Shown one piece after another: positions 12,292 through 24,838 of a stretch of 64,000 nt of DNA. The notes under the pieces were generated by a model. It saw only the letters and a program-made list of their open reading frames with translations, ran no database searches and was not told the origin of the DNA. Position 1 is the first letter of the stretch; every line of letters begins with the position of its first letter. The position numbers were made by a program, and so were the translations under genes. Origin of the DNA: Macrostomum lignano (taxonomy: Eukaryota); assembly GCA_002269645.1 (NCBI GenBank), contig NIVC01003157.1:1-64000 (forward strand). The letters are read 5' to 3'.

Positions 12292-12449
12292 TGCGCAACC
12301 TTGGGAATCACCCGACCGTTTCTATTGGCAACACACACATGTGTGTCGCTATTGGCTGAGAGCAGTCACGTGACTACTATTCCGTCCAATAGCGACTTAC
12401 ATGTGTGTGTTGCCAATAGAAACGGCCGGGTGAGTCCCAAGGTTGCGCA
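12292..12449. mobile_element. 158-bp near-perfect palindrome (hairpin MITE-like)
   Basis: The 64-nt arms 12292-12355 and 12386-12449 match at 60/64 positions. The central loop contains GTCACGTGAC (12365-12374). Confidence 0.75.
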
Positions 12450-13351
12450 CAAGCATGGGAACATTTTAATGCCTTCTTTTCAACTGAAATCTTTCCACCT
12501 AGGAAAGCTCATTTCAATGCGTCCTAAATACAGGCCCTGCTAGTGAATAAAGTAAATTTGGTGTGATTTATAGTTTCTGGATGCTAAACAAAATTTTTTA
12601 AACCTGTTTAATACATTTTTGTGAGCCTATAGTATGCAAAACTTTTATCTTCTGCTAGTAACTCAGCTCACATAAATGAAATTTATTATATTCAGCCTTA
12701 TCGGTGCGTCCATAGCATTCTGCGTTTTATTTTTTCCAGCTCAATCAATAATATTGACTCAGCCATGCTTTTCATAATATTTTCTTATTCGTTTCTCGCT
12801 ACTCTCTGCCAGTAGTAGCAGTAGTAGCGTACGCCAATTTGGATTTGCGCATTTTTTGAAAACCCGCATTTTGCTTCAATTTAAACCTCTAGGCATTTCA
12901 GTTGTAAAATTATTTTCATGTTCCACTAAATGTCATCGCAATTAAATCAGCAAGGGTATTAATATATCACGCTAATAAATATCTAGTAGTGTATTCATGC
13001 ATCCAATCAAAGTTATTTTTTGTCAAGAATTTTACTATCCGCTGTCAAATTTAATTAATAATATTAATATTTTGTTTGCCAAAAAATTAGTCAGACAAGC
13101 AGCTTCTATTTTAATGCTGCGCTGCTTTTCCAATGTTTTGTTATTAAATGTCGTTTTTGAATTCGCGGTTTTCCATTTAGTCTATTGTAGTTAAGTTTAA
13201 GATTGTTTCTATTATTAATCCTACGCAGATTCAGAATAAGTTAAGACGCTAATATTGCCTTGAAACCTCGGCAGTTGCATTATAATATCCACACTAATCT
13301 TCATTGATTTCATGGTAAGCAGTTACTTTAACAGTTCAATAATTCGAAAAT

Positions 13352-16079
13352 ATGGATGTTACAAACCTAGGCAAGCCGTTGCTGGGGACCGCAGCTGCTA
13401 TCTCAGCTGGTACTGAAGGCGACAGTCATCTCAGCATCGCTGCAAAGGCCCTCACTACTCTGAGCTTGTTGCTCATCTTTCTGCCAATAACTTTGTATTT
13501 CTTTGCTAAGTCGCTTGTGTTTGAAGGTGAGTTGTGTCATTGTCATTGTCAAATATATCAGTCAGACTAGTGTCAGATCTATCAATGCCAGACTAGTGTC
13601 AGATCTATCAATGTCAGAGAGAGTCAAATCCATCAATGTCAGACTAGTGTCAGATATCTATCAATGCCAGACTAGTGTCAGATCTATCAATGTCAGAGAG
13701 CGTCAGATCTATCAATGTCAGAGTGTCAGATCTATCAATGTCAGAGTGTCAGATCTATCAATGTCAGACTAGTGTCAGATCTATCAATGTCAGAGAGCGT
13801 CAGATCTATCAATGTCAGAGAGTGTCAGATCTATCAATGTCAGAGAGCGTCAGATCTATCAATGTCAGAGAGTGTCAGATCTATCAATGTCAGAGTGTCA
13901 GATCTATCAATGTCAGAGAGCGTCAGATCTATCAATGTCAGAGAGCATCAGATCTATCAATGTCAGAGTGTCAGATCTATCAATGTCAGAGAGCGTCAGA
14001 TCTATCAATGTCAGAGTGTCAGATCTATCAATGTCAGAGTGTCAGATCTATCAATGTCAGACTAGTGTCAGATCTATCAATGTCAGAGTGTCAGATCTAT
14101 CAATGTCAGAGAGCGTCAGATCTATCAATGTCAGAGAGTGTCAGATCTATCAATGTCAGACTAGTGTCAGATCTATCAATGTCAGACTAGTGTCAGATCT
14201 ATCAATGTCAGAGAGCGTCAGATCTATCAATGCCAGACTAGTGTCAGATCTATCAATGTCAGAGAGTGTCAGATCTATCAATGTCAGAGAGTGTCAGAAC
14301 TATCAATGTGAGAGTGTCAGATCTATCAATGTGAGAGTGTCAGATCTTTCAATGTCAGAGTGTCAGATATATCAATGTGAGAGTGTCAGATCTTTCAATG
14401 TCAGAGTGTCAGATCTTTCAATGTCAGAGTGTCAGATCTATCAATGTCAGAGTGTCAGATCTATCAATGTCAGAGTGTCAGATCTATCAATGTCAGAGTG
14501 TCAGATCTATCAATGTCAGAGTGTCAGATCTATCAATGTCAGAGTGTCAGATCTATCAATGTCAGAGAGTGTCAGATCTATCAATGTCAGAGAGCGTCAG
14601 ATCTATCAATGTCAGAGAGTGTCAGATCTATCAATGTCAGAGTGTCAGATCTATCAATGTCAGAGAGCGTCAGATCTATCAATGTCAGAGTGTCAGATCT
14701 ATCAATGTCAGAGTGTCAGATCTATCAATGTCAGACTAGTGTCAGATCTATCAATGTCAGAGTGTCAGATCTATCAATGTCAGAGAGTGTCAGATCTATC
14801 AATGTCAGAGAGTGTCAGATCTATCAATGCCAGACTAGTGTCAGATCTATCAATGTCAGACTAGTGTCAGATCTATCAATGTCAGAGAGTGTCAGATCTA
14901 TCAATGTCAGAGAGTGTCAGAACTATCAATGTGAGAGTGTCAGATCTATCAATGTGAGAGTGTCAGATCTTTCAATGTCAGAGTGTCAGATCTATCAATG
15001 TCAGACTAGTGTCAGATCTATCAATGTCAGAGAGTGTCAGATCTATCAATGCCAGACTAGTGTCAGATCTATCAATGTCAGACTAGTGTCAGATCTATCA
15101 ATGTCAGAGAGCGTCAGATCTATCAATGTCAGACTAGTGTCAGATCTATCAATGTCAGAGAGCGTCAGATCTATCAATGCCAGACTAGTGTCAGATCTAT
15201 CAATGTCAGAGAGTGTCAGATCTATCAATGTCAGAGTGTCAGATCTATCAATGTCAGAGAGTGTCAGATCTATCAATGTCAGAGAGTGTCAGATCTATCA
15301 ATGTCAGAGAGCGTCAGATTTATTAATGTCAGAGTGTCAGATCTATCAGTGTCAGAGTGTCAGATCTATCAATGTCAGACTAGTGTCAGATCTATCAATG
15401 TCAGAGAGCGTCAGATCTATCAATGCCAGACTAGTGTCAGATCTATCAATGTCAGAGAGTGTCAGATCTATCAATGTCAGAGTGTCAGATCTATCAATGT
15501 CAGAGAGTGTCAGATCTATCAATGTCAGAGAGTGTCAGATCTATCAATGTCAGAGAGCGTCAGATTTATTAATGTCAGAGTGTCAGATCTATCAGTGTCA
15601 GAGTGTCAGATCTATCAATGTCAGACTAGTGTCAGATCTATCAATGTCAGAGAGCGTCAGATCTATCAATGCCAGACTAGTGTCAGATCTATCAATGTCA
15701 GAGAGTGTCAGATCTATCAATGTCAGAGTGTCAGATCTATCAATGTCAGAGTGTCAGATCTATTAATGTCAGACTAGTGTCAGATCTATCAATGTCAGAG
15801 AGTGTCAGATCTATCAATGTCAGAGAGTGTCAGATCTATCAGTGTGAGAGTGTCAGATCTATCAGTGTGAGAGTGTCAGATCTATTAATGTCAGTGTCAG
15901 AATAGCATAAAAATGGCAATGGTTGCATTCCAGGCCTGTTCCTGCTGTCATCGCGGCAGAGCTATATTTACTCGGCCATCCTGGCGGTGGTCACTGTCCA
16001 TGTACTGCTGGCAGGCTTCCTGCTGTTCGCATTCTACGAAGGCGGCCGGACTGTTTACGTGTCCTACAAGAGGGACTAA
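13352..16079 (+). CDS. VMA21: V-ATPase assembly factor VMA21 (2 exons, 106 aa)
   Basis: Exon 13352-13526 (...LSIAAKALTTLSLLLIFLPITLYFFAKSLVFEG, donor GTGAGT) joins in phase 1 to exon 15934-16079 (GLFLLSSRQSYIYSAILAVVTVHVLLAGFLLFAFYEG...YKRD*). This matches the two-TM VMA21 pattern TLKTLLFFTALMITVPIGLYFTTKSYIFEG...SYFYAAIVAVVAVHVVLALF...KQD. Confidence 0.9.
13545..15900. repeat. Compound 23-26-bp minisatellite filling the VMA21 intron
   Basis: Core gtgtcagatctatcaatgtcaga with spacers of 0 nt, ga or cta, over ~2.35 kb. It is the source of the long repetitive ORFs in the track. Confidence 0.95.
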
Positions 16080-18580
16080 AGAAAACTGCAATGCTCACTC
16101 ACTATGCTACATATTCAGAATTTAAAGCAAGCGTTTTTCAACTTCATGCAGCTGTTTTGTTATAGCAGTGAATTATGCCGTTAAACCGTCCTTTGCTGCT
16201 TTATTGCGGCTGTTTTACTTTTTTGTTTCTTTTTTAATTCGGTTTTCTTGCTGAATATTTTTTTAAGTTAATAATTGACTACCCTGGTCGTTAGTAAAAT
16301 AGTTTTTGTCTGGATTGCTAGCCTGGTAAGGAAGTTATTTTTAGTTCAGTTTATTAAACACTTACTCCGTATGCAAGCGTTTGAGATCGATTTTCAATGA
16401 GCATTCTACAAAAGCGATTGCCGAACAAATAAAAGTGCATCGCGTGTAGTGTAGTGTGGCCTTTTGCATAATTGGAAATGCGACATTGGCCTTAATTCAC
16501 TCACCGTACGTGACTGGCGCTTCAAATCAAAGCTTCTATTCTCTTTATTGCTTTCAGTTCACGTGAGTGAGCGCGCGCGGTTTTGCCTCTTATCTTTTTA
16601 GCATCCTAACAAAGCCTAGCTAGCATAAATCTGAGCTGAGCGGGACAGCCGTAAGGGCATGCAATCTTGATGAGTGCCTTTTTCAAGCACAAACTGTTCA
16701 GGGAAAGGGGATTTTTTGGGTGACATCTCCTGTCTTCTTTGAAGTGGATTTTCGTCTTATGAGCCGCACACCTTTTAAGTCCTCTTTCGTGCATTCATTG
16801 CGTCTCAAAAGCAAGAAATTATTTGGCTTTACTAGTGCTCGCGAATTAAAGGCTTGTGGGCTTGTTCACACAGTCATCAATCGGGTCATAGAGGCACATA
16901 ACTGGTTTGCAAGACAATCTGTTCAACTCACTTGACCTTATAGTATTATAGAGCTACTAAGCCTAAAGTTTTGTTGAGTACAGTTTGCTATCTTTTCCGT
17001 TGTTTTTTGACAAAACACGTGTAGGTTTCTGCGAAAACTGATACTTCTGACGCTTCGAACATCCTGGATAACGGGGACGGCAGTAATATTGTTGGTAAAA
17101 TTTTTAGCACGATGGACGACCGCTTTGAATATATAGTAAAGCGCTTAATTCCTTTTAATCACTATTGATGTAGCTAGTGGCACTACTTACAGTAGACTCA
17201 GTAAGGTTTCTATCGGTTTAAGCTACTGGTACTTGTTCACAGTGCAATTGTTCCTAAGTAGCGATCGCTCATTGGCTCAAGCCACCCTTAGAGAGATGCG
17301 GTTCCTCCTGTGATTGAAGCTGGCTACACATTAGCCATAGCTTAAACAGGCATGCAGTCCTCTGGCTATTGGCCCGCAATTCAGCCGGGACAGCTGTAAC
17401 TGGCTCAGCTGTCTGGACTGGCAGAGTTCTTCCAAACCCTCCTTAAAAACCGAACTGATTCTGTCTTAGCCAGGAGACCGTCTACTGAAGGTGCGATTTA
17501 TGGTCAGCGGCGGCTTTTGACGTTTTGATGCGTTTTCCTGATTCCCTTGTCAATCGGCTTGAAAAGCAATCCGTGTATAAGGCGGAGAGAGGCGCGCGTA
17601 AAGGAGGAGCATGCGACAATTGCTGCGCTGCTGACTAACGCAAGAACTCGCTGATTGCTAAGGAAAGATACCTGGCCATTCTGGAGCTTTCTTATCGAGG
17701 CTCGCATTGTAAGTTTTCAGCCTGTGCTATAATAAATTTTTATTAAAGTAGTTTATTCCAAATGCGGCACTAATGTCAATAAAAATCTATGAATATTTGT
17801 GTAACTGCTTAAAGAACTGCCGAAGTAATTTATTCAGAATGTAATTTACTTTATTTTGTGGGACCCGTGAATCAATTTCTGTCTATTCTTGAGAAGCTAA
17901 TTATGCATGATTCTGATCGTTTTTTACACAAAAGCTGATGCTCTTCAACTGCCATTAAAATCAAAGCCAACGGGACAATGATCGAAAAATAGTGGAGAAT
18001 GAGCTAGTTAGGAAGCCAGCGAGGCGGAACGGGTAGAGACAGGACAGACAGAATGCGCGAGTTCAGAGCGGAGGTCCTCAACTGGCCGCTGCATCCTGCT
18101 AAATCCCTGGGGAGAATTCCCGATGGACTCCCGCCCCAGGGTTACTCAGTGAGTTCGTGATGTTTCAAAATCCCAGCTGTGGATCCGCTGTGAGAAGTGT
18201 AATTTTTGCTGCTGAGCTGGCGGATTCCTGTCGGCTGGCGCCAGCCTGTTGCGTAATCGCCAGCAACTGGGTTGATCTGCCCAAGTGGCGTCTATAGCTA
18301 TCGCGATTTGCATCGCAATTGCTCTTTCATCTTTCACTTGCAGAGAGAGAAGTATCACGTTTGCTTTCCCAGTGGCACCCATTCGAAATGTTGATCATCA
18401 TTTTTTGAGATGGGAGCGCTGATGCGTGCATGCTGATCACTGGTGCTGGGCATGGATTCTGACTATGCAAAGCAGTGTGATTGCGCTGGAAATTTCTTCT
18501 TAATTTCCATTAAGAAAAGCTTATTTCTTACTTGTACTTTTACCAATGTTTTTAGTGGCATCAACCAAAGTGCATAGACT

Positions 18581-18821
18581 CAAGGGCGTCGCCATAAATT
18601 TTAAGGTGGATGGTACAAAGTCGATCGAGAATTCTACATGACTAGATTTCGGCATTATTGTTTCTAGCACTCAGTTTAGCGTCTCAAGAACTCGTTTTGC
18701 CGCCGAAGGCGCTATATTTTAGCGCCCTAAAGCAAAATTATTTATTTCTATAACGGGTCACAAGGTGGGGCGGGGGCAGGGGGACAAAGCATTACCTTGT
18801 CCCCTGGCGGCAACGCCCCTG
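18581..18821. mobile_element. hAT-like MITE
   Basis: Termini caagggcgtcgcca ... tggcggcaacgcccctg are inverted. The flanks CATAGACT and CAAGGACT form a 6/8 match, consistent with a decayed 8-bp TSD. Confidence 0.55.
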
Positions 18822-21800
18822 CAAGGACTATACTACCTTTAGGCGGTAGTTTAGGCCTAAAGGTTGTTGTTCCCCCGTGTGGCTTGGTACTTTTACTTAC
18901 GAAAAGACCCCGTAACAATTCTTTGTGTGTCGATCCGATCTATTTAGCAAGTGTTCGAAATGTCTATGGTTCAAAGCTGCATGGCAATGATCGTCAAATC
19001 GCTAAACAATGGGTTTTCATCTAAACAAGTAACGAATGCAAAAGTTTAACCACAAACTATGAAGGGCTGGTAGCTGAAATTCTCACTTCCTATTTTCCTG
19101 TTAGTTTCATCGGTCGCCTTGTCTGTATTTATCAAGTGTAATTAATGACCTAAAGGAGGGCAGGGGTGTGAAATGGTATCTGTATTCTACTTTGAATATA
19201 GTTTCATACAATGGCCCGAACAAATTCAACCATAGACAGCAGGTGCGATAAGGACGTCTTAAGATTTTCGTGATTTCTCAGCAATTCAGTTATCTGCCTT
19301 ACTGCACTAATGTTTTGCGACCTCAGCTTATTAAGAAATCATTGGCATGATTAGCTGTAAGATTAGGGCCACTCGATGACAGCTTCAGCACCTCCATGAT
19401 TTCCCAGGCAGTCGCGTACAGATGAGAAATTGCTGTTATAAAAACAGATTTCAGCCCTCAGCATGGAGCAGCTCAGCTGGCTAAGAAAACCCACCACCCG
19501 GTCGAAGCTGCGCGCATCACGCGACCGCGGCTTCGGGCGGAGCTATCGATCATGCGGTACCGGGGTGGCTGCTCCTCCCCTTCTGCTGCAGTTCGGGGAG
19601 GGCAGCCATTTCACACCCCCTGCCCTCCTTCAAGTCATTAATCACACTTGCCAATCTCGAACTTGTTACTGCAGCAGTTTGTTCTTGCGTGATGAGATAC
19701 AGAGAGAGAGAGAGTCGAGCGCACCGACTTTGGCGTGTTGTTGGGCAGCACAGCGACTTCAGTTGGTTTGGTTTAATCGATTCCTATCTGCAGTTGCGAA
19801 TATCCCGGAGCCCGCGTGATTGGCGATAGCGGAATGCATACAGTTTTTTTTGTTGGTGCGTCCATGGTGATTAAAATGTATACAGGCTAAATATAGGAAT
19901 GCATAGCAGAGCCGGTCTTTGCCGAATAACTCCATGGATCTTATTAATTCTACAGCTTCTGCATGGTAAGAAGCCGCCCCGATTAATAAATATTGTAGTA
20001 AATAGATTCAGCCAAAACTGAATTCCCCTGCTTACTGCATTGCTACTAGCTGTTCGGCCCATATTCAGATTTCAAACAATCCAATTGACTTCTATTGGCC
20101 CGGGTCCCGGCTATAAGCCCACTGCGCCAACGGACACCGCGGGGTGAAGGCAGGACAGAGCCAATATGCGCTCTTTATCCCAGCTGCATCAGTTGGGATA
20201 AGCAGATTTCGCATTCTAGCTGGCCTTACAGCTGATTGAGGGATCAGTGCGCCTGCGCAGCTGCGTGCGCCTCTCCTCCCGCAGTTGCTCTGTTTTTTTC
20301 CGTCTTGCGGCCAGAAAGCAGCTTGCGGAATGCCCCTCACATCCTCGTTGCGTGCGAATCCTCTCGCCTTCCCAGCCATGGCCTCTCATCCATGGCGGGG
20401 CGCCACTGCCTTTCTGCTGTCACGCGTCAGGGCTGAAGAATCGCGCTAGCTTGAAGGCCTATCTAAAAGTCTAATGACGCTTATGAATGATCTTGGTACA
20501 GACATCAGCTGTCCTGCAGGATCGTACATGCAGTACCAATTCGAATGTTTTTGCTCAAATCGCACCTATGAGTTATACTTTTGGTTCTGATGGCCAAAAG
20601 CCTCCGGAGAAAAGTTTTCTTTCTAAAAGCGGTAGATCCAACGAACTGCAAAAATTCACTTCATATGGAGAGTTTTGTTCATTTTTAAACTTTTCCAAGA
20701 TGCAAGATTTTCACGCTTGAAGATAGCGATTTTCTGTGCCGCCAGACAAAGAAAAACAAGAGCAAATCTTCCGAACTGAGGGAACGCTGAAAGACGGATT
20801 GGCTTTTTGGGGGTGGTGGGGCGTCATTTTCCATCCTGAAGACTTTTAAATTCAATTCTTTGCTGTTTGGGCTCTGTCCAGATGAGGGGATAGATCAGGC
20901 CAGGGAGAGACGCCAGTTTCACACCAGCAGCCGGCGATGAATCTTCAATCCTTTGTGGATCCTCAAATGAACTTCACGGCAGCTTGGCATCCCGAAGTGA
21001 CAATCCGTTTTCTTAGGCAGGTCAAGGAATTCAAGGTGCAAAAAGGGAAGAAAAAAGCAACAAAATTGCCTTCAACTAGTCAAAAAATCTTTCACTCTCG
21101 GCTTTATTCACCCTTTTCCCTTCGGCATCCGTGATCAATCTTTCGTGTGTTTTTTGCTATGTTGCAGTCCAAGCCATGTGCTGCCAAGCCTAGCATTAAC
21201 TTCCCTCTGAGTCTGTCCCTGTTTCTCCATCATATCTCTCTCCCCATATCCTCTTTCTCATTTTCCTTTCTCTCATAGCAGCTCTATATTTGCAAAACTG
21301 TACTTATTCATTTCTAACTACGAGTACATACCTACGACGTAGTTAGGAACACTGGTAGCTCACCTATAGGCAGTAGATACCTATAAACTCCGTTGTTTTT
21401 TGCTTGAAAATAGGCTTTACAAAACTGTTGAAATCCAGTACGTAATGATGGAATTGTTTTTAGCTATTACCACCATGGTGATCGAACCATGGATGAATGA
21501 ATAGAATGGATTGCTATTCTGGCTCTGGCTATTTTCGTTTTTGACTCTTTTGCATCCGGTTCCCCCCGTGCCTTTTCATTGGTTGATGATTGCCATAGAC
21601 GGTTTTCGGCCTTCGCCCCTTTCTTTCGATGCACAAGCGCAAAGAACTGAGAATGTCAGTTACTTGCAGAGAATATCGAGCGCTCGTAGGTCTTCCCCCT
21701 TTATTTCAAAACACGAGCGAAAGCGCTTGTGCATCGAAAGAAAGGGGCGAAGGCCGAAAATTGTCTATGGCAATCATCAACCAATGAAAAGGCACGGGGG

Positions 21801-22414
21801 GGAACCGGATGCAAAAGAGTCAAAAACGAAAATAGCCAGAGCCAGAATAGCAATCCATTCTATTCATTCATCCATGGATCGAACAGGACCAAATTCGTCT
21901 ATGGCGAAACCTTATTCAGGGCCACTCATTCTCTGGAGCCCCATAGTCACCAGTACGACTAAAACTAAGCAATGTGACAAACGTAGAGTTTTTTAACGTA
22001 GAGTTTAGGGTTAACTAACCTTGCGATGGGAGGTTGAAGGATCGGAAAACAAGAGCAGAGGCAATCAAGCAAAAGGATGAATCTGAGACAGAAGGCAAAC
22101 AAAACTGAGAGCATTGCCTGCTACGAGTGTTAGTAAATGAAGCGAATCTTGTGCAATTTTATCCAATAAGCGAATACACTCGGCAGATATGCTTTGATTC
22201 GCAGTTTGAAACAGATTTGAAACTGGAAAATCGAAACCTCTTAGGCGGAAAACTCTCTGTAATGTATTATATGGGCTCAACTGATCTGTGATCAACTGAT
22301 CGGCCTTTTAAAATCATCAAGATTGCCTTGTCATTAAATATAGTACGATGAGACTATACTTGCAGATAACCATTGCTGAGTTGCTTGCCTTTCATCGGGA
22401 CGGGCGCTGATCGA

Positions 22415-23722
22415 GGGGGTGCTGTCCTTAGGGACGGGTCGCTGTCCCTCAGGGGCACTGTTATTCAGGGACGCCGTCCTTAGAGAGCGGGCGCTGTCTT
22501 TAGGGAAGGGGCACTGTCCTTAGGGAAGGGGCACTGTCCTTAGGGAAGGAGCACTGTCCTTAGGGAAGGGCACTGTCCTTAGGGAAGGGGCACTGTCCTT
22601 AGGGAAGGGGCACTGTCCTTAGGGAAGGGGCACTGTCCTTAGGGAAGGGGCACTGTCCTTAGGGAAGGGGCACTGTCCTTAGGGAAGGGGCACTGTCCTT
22701 AGGGAAGGGGCACTGTCCTTAGGGAAGGGCACTGTCCTTAGGGAAGGAGCACTGTCCTTAGGGAAGGAGCACTGTCCTTAGGGAAGGGGCACTGTCCTTA
22801 GGGAAGGGGCACTGTCCTTAGGGAAGGGCACTGTCCTTAGGGAAGGGCACTGTCCTTAGGGAAGGGGCACTGTCCTTAGGGAAGGGGCACTGTCCTTAGG
22901 GAAGGGGCACTGTCCTTAGGGAAGGGCACTGTCCTTAGGGAAGGGGCACTGTCCTTAGGGAAGGAGCACTGTCCTTAGGGAAGGGGCACTGTCCTTAGGG
23001 AAGGGGCACTGTCCTTAGGGAAGGGCACTGTCCTTAGGGAAGGGGCACTGTCCTTAGGGAAGGGCACTGCACTGTCCTTAGGGAAGGGGCACTGTCCTTA
23101 GGGGGGAGGCACTGTCCTTAGGGAAGGGGCACTGTCCTTAGGGAAGGGGTACTGTCCTTAGGGAAGGGGTACTGTCCTTAGGGAAGGGGCACTATCTATA
23201 GGGGGGGAGACACTGTCCTTAGGGAAGGGGCACTGTCCTTAGGGAAGGGGCACTGTCCTTAGGGAAGGAGCACTGTCCTTAGGGAAGGGGCACTGTCCTT
23301 AGGGGGGAGGCACTGTCCTTAGGGAAGGGGCACTGTCCTTAGGGAAGGAGCACTGTCCTTAGGGAATGGGCACTGTCCTTAGGGAAGGAGCACTGTCCTT
23401 AGGGAAGGAGCACTGTCCTTAGGGAAGGGGCACTATCTATAGGGGGGGAGGCACTGTCCTTAGGGAAGGGGCACTGTCCTTAGGGAAGGGGTACTGTCCT
23501 TAGGGAAGGGGTACTGTCCTTAGGGAAGGGGCACTATCTATAGGGGGGGAGACACTGTCCTTAGGGAAGGGGCACTGTCCTTAGGGAAGCGGCACTGTCC
23601 TTAGGGAAGGGGTACTGTCCTTAGGGAAGGGGCACTATCTATAGGGGGGAGGCACTGTCCTTAGGGAAGGGGCACTGTCCTTGGGGAAGGGGCACTGTCC
23701 TTAGGGAAGGGGTGCTGTCCTC
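22415..23722. repeat. G-rich 19-20-bp minisatellite (cactgtccTTAGGGaagggg)
   Basis: Roughly 60 tandem units with recurring variant units (ctatctatagggggg at ~23192, 23434, 23535, 23636). Confidence 0.95.
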
Positions 23723-24838
23723 GTGGGGGGGCTGTCACTTGCAACCTTAATAAACTGTATTGAAAGCAATATGGCAGCAATTAAAGAACATGGTCCAATA
23801 GCTTTAAATTTGAAGTCCGGATATCAGGCTAGTTTCCGCCCCCAAGTCTCCCTCGCACTAGTAGGGTAACTACTGGGTGAATCGATTGCCAGAAATCTGC
23901 AAAATCCTTTATTTATCGAGCTGTCCTTATCCTGCATCATCCCGGGCTCTTCAGTCGTGATTTAATAACGAAAAAGCTGCCCACTTAATGCGCCAGGCTT
24001 AAGCCACCGGCCCTCCCGCAGTGAGCGACGCTGCCTGTGATCTGCAGGAAAAGCCGAGACTCGCCGGGCTTTTGGAATGTCTCATCTTCATCCATCTAGT
24101 GGATTAGGCGGCCTCACTGTCACTTGAGACAACTGGAAATATTGAGAGAAATGATTAAAGATAAACGGATCCTCTTTTCAAGGCTTGAGCAGCTCAGAGT
24201 GGATGGATAGCGACTGACCAGCAGCCATCCGCTCTGATCCCTCTGTCGCACAGGATCAATCTGACAGGCAAGAAGAGTCTGTATTTCCCTACAAGCATAG
24301 AACTCAACTTTTGCTATGAATATACGGAGTATACTTTGAGCACCGCTTGCCGCTGAACAACATGAAAAGGAGAACCGCGGAGCTTTGAAAAACTGCACAA
24401 TGCGATACCTCTATAGAGCGTCTTGCGCTCATTCTTTCAGCTCATCCATGGAGACACAGCAGAGCAGCATAATTAGGCATTTGCTATAGAGTGAAAGCCA
24501 CTTCAGAATTTTTCTCATAGCATCTCCTCAACAACTAGCGCTCTTACTCATAGCCAATTGAGAATTGTGCAAAGCCATCGGATGCAAGTGACAGTAGAGT
24601 GTGCGGTTTATCAGCATGATGAGGTATTTAAGCAGAATTTTCGCAATGCTGTGAAGCAGCAATCTGCAAAGCAGCTGTGACAAGGAAACCCCAACGCTTT
24701 TTAATAGATGCGTGTGAAGATAAAAAATAAAAATCGCTCAGAATTCTAGCAGCCCCTCGATGGAAATGTGAATAATCTGCAGCGACAATGGCTTTGGAAT
24801 CTTAACTAAATGAGAGGTTACTTTTCATGAATGAAAGG

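Noticed and set aside
13503-15777. Long ORFs (up to 445 aa) of SDLSMSE/CQIYQCQ repeats
   Set aside because: They are translations of the intronic satellite. VMA21 splicing across the region explains the locus.
13545-15900. CRISPR-like appearance of repeats with small variable spacers
   Set aside because: Spacers are only 0-3 nt, there are no unique spacer sequences and no cas genes, and the context is a eukaryotic intron. The other arrays are likewise head-to-tail.
16606-16794. SOCS/BC-box-like PLSLNSLCLKK ORF
   Set aside because: An in-frame stop lies immediately upstream and there is no usable acceptor or partner exon.
22415-23722. Interstitial telomere
   Set aside because: TTAGGG occurs once per 20-bp unit, not as contiguous hexamers.
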